A DNA stretch of 64,000 nucleotides, from assembly GCA_023231475.1 (NCBI GenBank), contig JALJEE010003057.1, forward strand, positions 62,001 through 126,000. Reading direction: 5' to 3'. Positions 1 to 13,301 of this stretch are shown here, piece after piece. The notes beneath the pieces were generated by a model, which did not search any database, was not told the origin of the DNA, and saw nothing but the letters and a program-made list of their open reading frames with translations. The first letter of the stretch is position 1; each line of letters starts with the position of its first letter. Origin of the DNA: Seison nebaliae. Taxonomy: Eukaryota. A program made the translations under genes and the position numbers.

Positions 1-3000
1 AATAAATCACAAATATTAGGAGAACGTTTAACTGATCCGATTTATGAAATAATAGCAAAACGTACTGATATCATCGAGAAATGGGGACAAGCGGAAACAG
101 CTCGACAAAAATATTTGAGAAATATCGATCCAATTTCTCAATCTATCATCAAAAATTTCTATAATGCTTTCAATTTCGATACAACATCATTTAAAGAATT
201 GATGGTAACTCATGGAAAGAATTATGAACAGAAATTTAAAGATGTTCCACCAGTTCATTTGATGAAAGATTCACCATTATTGAAACGATTCTCTAAAGCG
301 AAAATTCCATCACCAAATTACGTTTTCATGCAAAATCTGTTGAATGGAGTATGTCGTGATGTGAAATGTTTCTGTGTATCCATCAATGACGACGAGAGTA
401 CTCTAGTCAATATGGTTCAACGATTATTAACATTGGAAACGGTTTTGAAATCGGAAGCATTATTCAAAATATCAGAAAATTCTAATGAGAGTACTGAGAA
501 TTTCTATCAATCTATTTGTAATTTTGTCAAATCATTTCACGTCGCCACATTGAACGAACGACATCAATTTTTGACGAGTCTATTCCATATGTGTTTGAGA
601 CGAAGGAATTTACATGTGAAATTATTGGCACCAGAAATGGAAATATTATTGATTGGACGACGATGTTCTATTTCATCACCGAGTAATTTAATCGATATCG
701 GTTTCCTCATGAAAAAAAGTCCATATACTAACAAGATTCTTGATGCTATTGAAATGAATCATAACATGAACTCGTCGAATTCGATGAATAATTCGAAAAC
801 TTGTCAGATTTTAGAGAATATGACCAATTCAGGAAAATCAGTCCAACAATATTCGAATGATAAACGTGGTGGGAAGAAAATGAAAAATTCGAAAAGAAAA
901 AATACGAAAAAATCAATTCAAACATCTACAACGACTTATGGGAATAATAACGGAAATACAATGAACGCGAATAATGGAATGCATAAAGAGTCATGTCTTA
1001 CTCATATCTCGGCAACAGAATTGAAATATCTCATGTATTGTGTAGTACCATTTGATGATTATGAGAATTCTGAAATTACAGAATTCATTTTCCACGAATT
1101 ACAAGTCGAACAACAAATCATTAATCAATATTTATTCGATCAAGGAAAACGAAATAAACGATTGATTATGGCATATCAAAAAATCCATCAAAATCGTTCA
1201 CAAATCAGACCATCTTGTTCCAATTGTAATAATCAGAAACATTCGACAATTTATGAACATTTTCATAATCTAATTTATTCGGTACGACAAGTTCTCGATG
1301 TATTAGCAACACGAATTCATTTGACAACATATCAGAAAGATGCGATTAAATCGAAATCCGTCATATTCGATATGCACAATTACTGCAAACGGAAAAGTCA
1401 AGGAGGAACTTCCACAAATATTCCTGGAACACCAACTCCTAGTAGTAGTGGAGCTGCAGTTGCATCTGCCGCTGCCATCCAATCGAACACTACAACGACT
1501 ACAACGAATAATAACGGAAATGATGGAAATCATGTCAATTTCCATAAGAAATCGAGTAGTATTCCATCGTCGTCCACTTTCTTACAATTTATGGAACCAA
1601 CAAAAGATGATCAATTGACTGAAAATCGAATATTTAATATGTTCACACATCAAATGAGAAATTATTATCGTCAATTATTCGATGAATTAGATGAATTGAC
1701 ATCGTCAAATAAAAGTGAAGAAGAAATGAAAAATTTCAAATTGAAATTTCGAGAGAATCTCATTCTTGAAATGAAACGATCTCCTAAAATCAAGAAATTA
1801 TTAAGAACTTATTTAAATATTAATGATATGATCACTGCTCAAGAGAGACGTTTGAATCGATTAGAATATTTATTAGATCGATTAGTTCTCTATGATCAAC
1901 TCACTGCCATGAGTCGATGGGCTCAATTGGTATGGCTGAAATATGAGGCGGAAGGAGTGGAGAATTTGAAGAGAACAAAAATTGCGACAGAAAAATATTT
2001 TTGTCGTTTTCATGAAATTTTATCTGACCAAGCCGATTATTTACCAAGTGAAGATATCGTAGATATGGCAGTGAATGCGGGATGTGATAGTGAAATATTA
2101 TTACCCAGTAAAGATATCACTCAATATTCGTTACCGGATGTGGTACAAATATTTGCATATCTCCCAATAGCGTCAGTGAATACGATAATGAATAATGCGA
2201 ATAGTAAAAGACGAGGAAAACAATTGAGAAGTTCATTAGCTGAGAAGAAGAAACGAATGGAAATGGATCTCTTAATGAATTGTGATGAAAGTGATTATCT
2301 TTTGAATAGTGAGAAGGATAGTCAAATATTATTTTGTTTACGACCAATATTTGGATCGAAATATATTGAAAATTATACGAAAAATGAATTTAATCTCATT
2401 CATCGAACGAATCATCATTTTATCGGATCATCATCAACAAATCGAACAAATCATTTCAATTGTAATAACAATTATTCAAACGATAACAATAATAACAACA
2501 ACAATAATAATAATAATAATCATATTTTAAATAATCATATTAATAATAATTCATGTTCATCCTTGTTAAACAACAACAACAATAATAATAATATATCGAA
2601 AGAGAATGATTTGAAAAAAGATGATGATGATGCATCGAAAGCTCTCGAGAATATGAAGAGAAGGAAGGAGATTCGAGATCGAAATTTTTTCATCGATTGT
2701 CGAAATGAAGAATATCTTTATCGTAAACAATCTCTATTATATATGTTGAGTGCGAATGAATTGGCATTAGCAGAAATGACTTATTATTCTACTGTTCTCT
2801 CTTTTGTCGACGATGATATTGATATGGATTTGTTCGAATGTGAGAAAGATGAATTAATCTCTCCTGAAGAATTAGCTGATGATTTCATTAATTATTCGTC
2901 ATTCGTTTATGTGGGATTAAGAGCGGCATCTGAATTGAATGCTCATACGATTATGGTGAATAATGCTGTTCGACAAATGGTCAGTCGTCGAATGAAAGAT

Positions 3001-6000
3001 TTACGATATCGTTCCCATAAAAAAGACTCTACTAAATTAGATGTGGGTGATAAGAAATTCGATCCGTCAACTAAAACCATGACAACGGTGACACAACCAT
3101 CGAATGATTCATCATCGTCATCATCATCAACAACATCATCATCATCATCATCATCAGGATCTAATGAATTATCGAAGTCTACTTCAACTTCATCTTGTTC
3201 ACAAACGAGACAATCATCATCGAATTCATCGACCATCAAAATGAGTCAAAACATAGCCACATCGTTATCGACGAAAAAATTATTTACGGAATTAAATACC
3301 AAGAATTTAATGCAAGGAGTTAATGGATCGATGGGATGGAACAGTTGCTCCAAATGTAAGGATCCATTCGCTCATCTTTATCTCGATTATATGTTGGGCG
3401 CATTGGAACGATATAATGAAATTCAACATGGACGAACATTAGTCCCTGATAAAAATTTTGGAATGTTCTCATTAAATTATGATAAATTGATCGATATTTC
3501 ACATGAAGCAGCCGCTCGTATTAACGAAGTTCATCATTCATCAATTCGAAGAGATAAAAAGAAAAGTTAATTTATTTAATTTTTATATATTTAATTTTTA
3601 TTTATTTAAATTTTCAAGAACGTACTGGAATCGAATATTTGATGATAGTTTTCCGTCATTTCATGGCATATAGTAACATCGATGTTGATTTACCGAAAGC
3701 ACTCGTTCTCACTCAATCCATTCAGAAAGTGGTAGATAAACAAATGAAGAATGAATTGATTAAAGATGATTTAGTCTGTCCAGTAATCGCTGCTAATCGA
3801 GATCTCCACAAATATTCCATAAGAGCAGTAGAGCGATTGAATAAAAAACATTCGTTAAAATCAGATACGAAATTGACATATGAAGAATGTCTTATCCCTC
3901 AAATTTTAAATTTAATGAAATTGTTGATGGAGGCGATGGACGAGGATGCCGGACAGAAAAACCGTTTAGCTGATGAAATGTCGAAAATGTCACAATGTGA
4001 AGATGAAGGTGATATTTTATTTCTTAAATCAGAAATGAAGAAATATTCAAATACGATGGTAACGAAAGAATTGGAACGATATCCATCAGATAAATTAGGA
4101 GAATATGGTCTAATGTTGACACCATTATTGGAGAGATTCATATCATTCGATCTATTAGAATTAGAGGAATCAGAAAGTGATGATGAAGAGGATAATGATG
4201 AAGAAAGTGAAAAAGAAACTGATGAAATAGAAAAAAAACATGAAAAAAAGAAACGACAACGTCATCGAGACAAAGAGGAACCATTGGGATTAGATACGGA
4301 ATTGTTATCGATATTTCAAATTCGATTTCCAAATCGTCTCAAAAAGAAATCTGCCATCACTTACACACCAACCAAATATGATAATGTTCGAGATATCGTC
4401 GACGTATTCACAATGGAGAATGCGATTGATCATATTCATGAGAAATTCCTTCTTAATCAAACCGTTTTCCTTCGACCAATGTTCACTGAAATTGAACGAT
4501 TAGCACAACATTTTATGTTCATTAATGAATTACATTTATTCATAAATTATTTTGATAATTTGAAAGATGCGAATATTCTAATAAGTGAAGGCGAAGCAGA
4601 AGTTCTACTCAAATTATTCTCAGCAAATATCTGTCCAGCACCACCAGAAGAAGATGTTAAAATAACAATTCAATCATTCTCAAGTGACGACGATGAAGAT
4701 GATGATAATGAGAAGAAGAATAAAAATTTAAAAAGAAGAAGAAATTCACAAATACCACAAGATGATTTGGTAACGGTAATTTTGAATAAATTAAAATTTT
4801 TCGTTGGTATCATGTTCACTGAATATACGTCAGGTGAAGGTCTGAGTGATGATCAATTGAAATTAACAAAAACATTATTGGCACAAATCGATAATGGAGT
4901 TTCAAGTGAACAATTTATCAATTTCGTTCAAATTCATGATACGAATCAATTGAAATTATTGACGGGATATATTTATCGATATTTCAAAAAGATCGATAAG
5001 AATCGTCGTTCTGATTATCATAAGAAAGGTGATATTACAATGAGAGATATTATTATTAGATGGATAAAATTGGTGGACGATGGTTCGATGAACGAGTATC
5101 AAGGTCGAAGAAAATTTTTCGATTCTATCGTTTTCGTTTTCAAATTGTTGACGGAACAAAAACAAATTTCATATTTTAAGAAATTAAATATGAAATCACG
5201 TGAAGGAAATACGGAGATCGATAATGATGATTTAATGTTTGGATTCCATTCGATTGTTCATATTGGGAAGAGGATCGAATACGAAAAGAAACGTTATCGT
5301 CGATTGAAACCGATCGTCGATGATTGTCATAATTGTTTGAAAGAGATCTTGAGTACACGAACATATTGTGTGATTAGAACAAATGTTATCGATCCGAAAC
5401 GTTGTTTGAGATTAAGATTAAAAAGACAACAACAGAAGAAGAGAGAAGAAGAGGCAGCAGCAGCAGCAGCAGCAGCAGCCGCCGCAGAAGAAGAAAATGA
5501 AAATGATGGTAATAATAGAAAGAAGAAAACAGAATTATTGGAGAAGAGATTAAAAGCATTGGATGAGCGGATTGCTGTGAAAGAGAAAGAAATTAGTAAA
5601 GTTTGTAGAAATATTGGTTCAAACAAAAAAATTCTTGAATCAAATCGACAACAGGTTAAGAAAAACAGAACATTATCATCATCAACTAAACGTCAAAAGA
5701 AAAAACCTCATCCCAAATCCCTACAACCAAAACCACAACCACAAAAACAACCACAACCACAAAAACAACAACAACAACAAAAACAAAAAATACAAAAATT
5801 ACAACAATTACAAAAACAACAACAAAAATTACAACAAGCACAACTACAAAAACAAAAATCAATGCAACAACAATCCCAAAAACAACAACAACAACATGAA
5901 GAAAAATTAGAAGAGAAAGAACAACAACATAAACAACAACAACAACAACATCAGAAAGAAAAAGTAGAAGAAAAAGAACATAAATTAGAAAAGAAAAAAG

Positions 6001-9000
6001 AAAAAAAGGAAGAACAGAAATCGAAAGAGAATAATCATAAACTTATGAATCCATCATTTACAAATTTAGTGAATCATCGAATGGGATTATTATCAGCAAT
6101 GTCATTGAATAAGAAGACATTATTCAATCATGATACTGCATTGACATTGTCAGTGGAAGCGGGTCATATTTCTGTTGTCTATTCATTGTTAGCAGCGTCA
6201 GCGAATGTGACACATCGTGATAAGAAAGGACATACTTGTTTGATGATTGCAGCAATTAGAGGACATAATAATATTATGGAATTATTATTGAAATCTAATA
6301 GTGAGATTGATGCGACGACAGAGAAGAATAATGATACGGCTCTCTCACTCGCTTGTTGTAATGGTGTGTTGAAGAGTGTGGAGAAGTTGTTGGAATGGAA
6401 AGCGGATATTGAACATCGAAATTCATCGGATTATACTCCTCTCTCATTAGCTGCCAGTTTTGGAAATATTAAAGTAGTGGATATGTTGTTGAGACATGGT
6501 GCTGATGTCGATTCTCGTTGTGGTTCCAAATTGGGTATATCTCCATTGATGATAGCTGCAATGCATGGACATTTGAATGTGGTTCGTTTATTGATCGAAG
6601 AATTTGCGGAAGTTAATGCCACAATTGAAACGAATAAGAATAGTGCTCTCACTCTTGCATGTTTCCAAGGAAAAGTGAATGTAGCAGAATTTCTGGTAAT
6701 GAACGGTGCTAATATCGAACATCGAGCAAAGAATGGTTTGACTCCTTTAATGGAAGCGATAACGAATGGTAATTTAGAAGTGGGAAGAACATTGTTAAGA
6801 TTGGGAGCTGATCCAAATGCCGCACCAATACCAGTAACAAAAGATACAGCATTGACATTAGCAGCAAATAGTGGAAATGTTGAATTCGTTAAATTATTGT
6901 TAGAGAATGGTGCACAAATCGAAGCGAAGAATAAGAAAGGTGCAACATCATTATGGATCGCTTGTCATAACGGAAATTTATCGATTGTTGAAACTTTATT
7001 AGAATATGATGCAGAAATAAATAGTGAAGATAATAAGAAAATGTCTTGTTTAGTTGTGGCATTTCGAGAAGGTCATCTCAATGTGGTTGATACTATTCTA
7101 CCAAAAGTGAAAACATTTCCATCTGATGCTGATTTGAAACGATATAAACAAACGATTAATGATGCATTGGAAAATGTGAGAAATAAAACGAATTTGAAAT
7201 TGAGTAGAAATAATAATTCAATTTCATCTCCTCCCAATATTAATACGAATAATAATAATAGCAATTGTCTTATGAATGATAATGTCTCTTCTTCCAATAA
7301 TTCAACTACCACAGATGGAATGACAATTAAAAGAAAAAAGAATACCAATCCGTTATCGGATCATCTTCAACGATTAGAACGATCATCAGAAGCATTAGAT
7401 CTCATCTGTTCGAAAAAAGAGACGAATGAAAGATGTGCTAAAGTGATGATGGAAATTACAATGAATAAAACGGAAGATCAAAATAAAAATAAGAAACCAA
7501 AAACGAAAGATAAACCGAATAAAAAAACGAATAAACAAAATAAATCGATACAAATTTCGGAAGTGGAGAAAGATATCGATTCTGAAGAGGACGAGATTCC
7601 ATTATCGATAATCGAAGAGAAACCATTAAAAAAGCCAATCGATACAACAACATCCGATAAAGTTGAAAATGATTCAATTAATACATCAGAAATTGAAGAA
7701 ATAAAATTACCAGTTAAAATTGAAGAAATTGAAAAGAAAGCAAAACCAGTTGATCTTTCTAAAACTGGTAAATCATTGACAAATCCATCTCCCCATTCCT
7801 CGACATGTTCAGTTGAGAAGATTGGAAAAGAGAAGAAAAAAGAAGGGAAATTAAAGAAACCATTAAATACGATTGATTTAGAGAAGACGAATAAAAAAAC
7901 GGAGAAGAAATTAAAGAAGAAAATGAAATCGAATGAGAAAATCGAAATAACGAAGAAACAACCATCAGAGAAAACATTATATTCTCAGACGTCAGCATCA
8001 AATTCAATTTCCATCGTTACCGCTCCATCAACTGTTTTAGTGGAAGAGAATTGGAATCGATGGAATGTTAATCAACAAAATTCTCAATCAACAAAACTAA
8101 CAACTAATACCAATAACAACAACAACAACAATAATAATAATAATAATAATTGTAATCGAAGAAATCAAAAAAAAGATGGTCCAATATCTACATATCTATC
8201 TACATCCAACATTACAACTTCTACAACTGCTGGTGCGATTGGAACATCAAATTCCACCGTCGTATCATCTCATCAGGTGAAAAATCGGCAGATTAATGTG
8301 GATCCGGAATTTCTGGAGATTGAAGAGAATAAAGAATTTTTGAAGAATCTTGAGAAAGAATATGGAGTTGTGATCGAGAAAGAGATCGTTCCAAAAACGA
8401 CGGACAAAAATCAATTTATGGCGAAATTGAGAGTTGTTCCCATATCGACCGATTATGGTCGCTGCAGGACGAATGTTCGTGAAGTCGTCCACACATTAAA
8501 GCAGATGAGAGATGAACATTCTCGAAACAATCATGCATCAACTATGATTTCCTCAATTTCTTCGTCATCTCAACATCGACCTACTCTCACTACGACTACC
8601 ACAACAACAACATCACATCCGACCATCTTCTACAATAAAAACCATCAACAGAATTATCATAATACTTCGAATTCATCTAATAAAAATCGAAGTTCTCGAT
8701 CAATCGCTTCCACCAATCCATCTGTCAAATCGTCAACAATTACTAATTCTCAAATTACAAAGAAGAAATCGTCTGATAATAAAGCGATAACTTATGCGGA
8801 AAAGATTGCCGGTAAATCCAATCGAAGTCAAAACATTCTTCCTAATATCATTACGATAAATAATCGACAGAAAAGTAGAGAATTTAATTTACAATCAAGT
8901 TACGTGTCTGTGTTCAAGAATAGTTTAAATGAAAATAAAATGAAAACATCTTGTGCTATTACATCGTCAATTGTAACGACAACGATTCCTTTAAATCGTG

Positions 9001-10073
9001 ACGAATTTCCATCACTCACATCCACCAATTTGACGAATATTGATAACAATAATGAGTTGATGACGAGTTCGGGAAATATTCCCAATAAGATGTTAATTGC
9101 ATCGGAGAATGTTTCGAGAGAAACATCGATTATTCGTTCGGGCATTTGTCGTTCCTTTTCAACAAATCGTTCTGGTGATAATTGTCTCTCGATGACTGAT
9201 AATAATAATAATAATTATGATTTGATGAATTTTAATTGTCATCTCGAAAATTATCAATTAGCGAAAGAAAGATCATTCCAAAATTCGAAAGATGATGTGA
9301 GAGAATATATGGATTCAATTCCATATTCAATTCCATATTCAATTCCATCAAATATTGAATCGAATTATAATAATAATTACAAAAATGACAATACTCTCCA
9401 CAACAAATTATTTAATGAAGGAAATCATTATGAATATAATGGTGGAATTGGTGGAAGAATTAATGATGTTGATAATTATCATCCAACATCATCATTTTCA
9501 CCTTTTATCTCTTCACCAATTCCTTCTACCAACATCTCTTATCCTAATATGATCGGAAAAAATAATTCAAATAATTCATATTTTGAAAATAATATTCAAA
9601 CTGATTCAATCGATAATCATCAATTGAATAATAATAATAACAACAACAACAACAACAACAATTCATTTAGTACGAGACGGAATAATATCAGATCGGAGAA
9701 TGATAGTCGAAAACCGAAAAATTATTCACCATTAGGATGTACATTCGATTTAACGGAAACGTTTGTTCCCACAGCAAATGATGAACGAAAATCAGAAATC
9801 GTCAGTCAATCGACTGTACCATCAAATACTCTTCATTCATCATCACAACGAGAACAATTTCCTGATTTCTCTTTAGAATATAGTTGTAATTCGGAGATTG
9901 ATATGAATTATGATTATCTCCCTCATCCATCTCAATCATTTCATTCAACTTATCCATCTATCAGTGCCATCAATGACGGATCTCATATTCCTGTCAGTGA
10001 TCGAATGCATTGGACAACGGCTAACGTCCGAAACATTCTAGAGAGTTTCTATGAGAGAAATCTTTCGAAATAA
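1..10073 (+). CDS. mask: Mask/ANKHD1/ANKRD17-like ankyrin-repeat protein, 5'-partial; exons <1-3565 and 3619-10073 (about 3339 aa in window)
   Basis: Frame is open from base 1. A 53-nt GTT..AAG intron (3566-3618, phase 1) joins the 1151-aa and 2144-aa ORFs in frame (KKK|K RTGIEYLMIVF). The ankyrin block at about 6126-7150 (NHDTALTL..HRNSSDYTPLSLAAS..GSKLGISPLM..IETNKNSALTLACFQG..EHRAKNGLTPLMEA..FPSDAD) matches the second ankyrin cluster of Mask/ANKHD1. Confidence 0.88.
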
Positions 10074-10847
10074 AGAAACTTTCTTCGCATCTCCATTAAA
10101 CATTTCTTTCCTTCTTCCAACACTTTCCTCTCTAACAATCGATAAAGTCAATTTCTTCCCATCCTCCCTCTCCCCATACCATTATACATAAACTACACGA
10201 AATTACATTTTAAAGAAATCTCATTCGGAATATTATCGTTTCGTCAACAAATTATTTCATCATCTGTCCACTACTACTCACAGTACACACTGTGTATCAG
10301 AGACATATACGGATCGATTTCTTTTCCTCGCCGGAAATTATGTTTACTTATTATTCTTATTTCTTTCTCTTACAATATTATTATAATACTTATAAATATG
10401 AATTTCTTTGAAAAACAAAATATTTTTAATTTGAACTTTCACCGACTATAAACCGAATTAATCATTCAAATCTAAATAATATTAAATACGTCGATTGAAG
10501 ATAATGAGAGGGGATCGAGTCACATACAACACGAACAATGTAAACACAAATTAAAAGTAGAATTTTTACACATAGAAAACAGAATAAACAATTATTCAGC
10601 TTGTATTAAACTATTAATGAAATATATTATTGTATGTACGTATATATTATGAAATTTCCATTTCTTCAGTACAATTCTTTCTTCCAAATTTGGTGGCATA
10701 TATCCGGTTTAAGACATTATTTTTCGTCTATTTTCAAATTGACATTCCATTTCCGCCAATTCACTTTGGAGATGATCAAGAAATTTTTCTATTTACTGAA
10801 AATTTGAATATTATTCTTAATATTTAATTAAAACAATTTTTTTTGAA

Positions 10848-12881
10848 ATGACAACATTCCCATCATTGATGGTAACCGTCAGGTATAATCATGTTTGATA
10901 TTAGGAGGATATTATAATCTCATTTTGTCACATATGTGATTCCATTTCTACAGTAATAATTGTAATAATAGATTGTTTGGTAATGTAAATGAAATTTTAA
11001 ATTTAAAAAATAATTTTATTTTACTAATTTTAAAGAATTAGAAAATTAATTTTTTGAAAAGTTTGAATGATAATGAGGAGAATGAAGAAGAGTCGAGGAG
11101 ATGTATTGTCAAAGGGACGACCGGACCGGAATGTTAGGCTCACCCAAATGATTAAATGTGGAATGAATATTAACAAATGGGAAAAGACGAATTCTCGCAA
11201 ATATTGTGGCCTGACTAATGTTAGCTTGCGTTGTAATCAGATTTTCCCATTTTTTTTTAGTTTGGCAATACATGTTATGCCAATTCGATTTTGCAAGCGC
11301 TTTTCTTCTGTGAACAATTCCGAAATGCTGTTCTTAAATATTCCCGTTCACCTACTGCCAAATCGACGTCGCACAATCTTCTTGATTCTTTAAAGGATCT
11401 ATTCCATCAAATGAACAAGAATAAATCGTCGTCGAATGTCGTAGCTCCGAAAAAGTTCATGAATAATCTACAAATTTCAAATCGTTCCCATTAAATTTAT
11501 CGATGAAATTAATGATTCTTTTAGCCGTCTTCGCTCAAGGATTGATGCAACATGATGCACATGAATTCCTCAATTTCCTCCTAAACACTTGTGCAGATAT
11601 TGTGCACCGTTTGTATGTTTCTCGAATTCATGTGCAATAATACCAAATTCGATTGTAGAGAATGTGCCCGACATCCAATCGACGAATAATGTTGTCTCGT
11701 CAAACAATCATAACGGAATGAACTGTAATCAAATTAAAATGAATGGAAATGAGAATAATGATAAATTTCAACATCATACATTTCAACAGACTATCAGAAA
11801 TTTTATATCTACTAAAAATAATGTTTCTTTCTCAATTAATTCTCTTAAAGAATTCTATTAAATTTAATTAGACAACGAAGAAATATGAGAAATCCATCGC
11901 TCGTCAAACCAATTGGGTTCGCGATTTATTCGAAGGTCAATTAATTAACGAAACAATCTGTCTCAAATGTGATACGGTTTATCATTTAAACTTCCTAATT
12001 TCAAATAATAAATTCCTTTGAATAAAATGGGAAAAATAGAAATCGGTGAAATATGAGAAATTTCTCGATTTACCAATTGAAATTGAACAAAATACATCGA
12101 TCACTCATTGTCTCAGGAATTTCTCTCGACGTGAATTACTGACAGGAGATTCGAAATATTTCTGTTCCGAATGTCAATGTGAACAAGAAGCAGTTAAAAC
12201 GTTTAAAAGATTTTCTAAAAAAATTTCTATTAATTTATTATACATGTTAAAGAATGAGAATTGATCGTTTACCTCAAATTTTGGCATTACATTTGAAACG
12301 ATTCAAATTTGTGGAGAGTATGGGACGACATAAGAAATTGAGTTATCGAGTAACATTCTGTTCCGAATTACGTTTGTCTCATATCGTTAGAAATTTAAAT
12401 TATCAAATATAATAAATAATATAATATTATGAATAGATGAAGAATAAGAATGCGGATAATCAATCGATGTATAATTTGGCATCTTTCGTCATACATTGTG
12501 GCTCGTGTCCCAATCGCGGCCATTATATCACTATGGCTTGCTCGAATGAGAATGATGAGTGGTTATTATTGGATGATGATGTTATTCAAGTTAATAATCT
12601 CTTTACTAAATATTTTTGAGAAGGAAATTATTCTTTCTATTTATTATCATCGTTAATGTGATGGAGTATTATTTAGATTAATCTCTTTCTCTTCTTCTCT
12701 TCTTCATCTCTCCACTATCATCACTCAACTCTCAACTCTATTGACAACGCGACTGATACGAATAAATATTTAGAACTTACCAAATGGGACGAGTTTCTTC
12801 GACAAATTCTTCGGTTTATCACCTGAATTCACTAAAACATTAGATACTGCTTATTTATTATTCTACGTTCGTTCTCCCTAA
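10848..12881 (+). CDS. USP46: Ubiquitin-specific protease USP12/USP46 family; 9 exons (introns 10883-11137, 11220-11260, 11484-11524, 11609-11658, 11823-11871, 11977-12039, 12201-12252, 12386-12436 plus 12590-12773; first intron least certain)
   Basis: Spliced product has Cys box [58 protein letters not shown], zinc finger [25 protein letters not shown], His box [20 protein letters not shown] and C-terminal FFGLS..TAYLLFY. The N-terminal [14 protein letters not shown] resembles USP46 MTVRNIASICNMGTN. Confidence 0.9.
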
Positions 12882-13301
12882 TCGATGTTTGTGAATCTGT
12901 TTCCTCTTCTCACTTCTCACCTTTATCGAGTAATTAATTCTTTTATTATCTTTTCATCTCTATAGAACTCTTTGAATTGTTGAACATTTGTGGAGTTGAA
13001 TTGTTGAGTTGATTGAAAGGAACTTGTAAAAATTTTATTTATTTTCATATATGCAAAAAGGGGACAGAGGAGAACCATCAAAAGTTGGTGCATTCGACGA
13101 CTGTGAGAGAATGATAAGAAATGTATCAATAATAAGAATCATCATCTGCTTCATCGTTTCTATAATTAATAGTAATTCGAAAGTCTTCACTCAACAGTAG
13201 GTGAAAGAAGGAGGGAGAGTTTAAGAGTGAAATAAATAAATAATTTGAAGAGAGAAGAAAGAGGAAGTTTCTCGACATTTTAATTGTATAAGGTAGCACA
13301 A

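Noticed and set aside
115..3570. Separate 1151-aa gene
   Set aside because: Its stop codon lies inside a 53-nt GTT..AAG intron that joins it in frame to the ankyrin ORF, and the frame is open upstream of 115.
2943..9145. Short antisense or alternative-frame ORFs inside long genes (also in SCYL2, YTH and the EF-hand gene)
   Set aside because: Shadows of trinucleotide-repeat coding sequence and codon bias.
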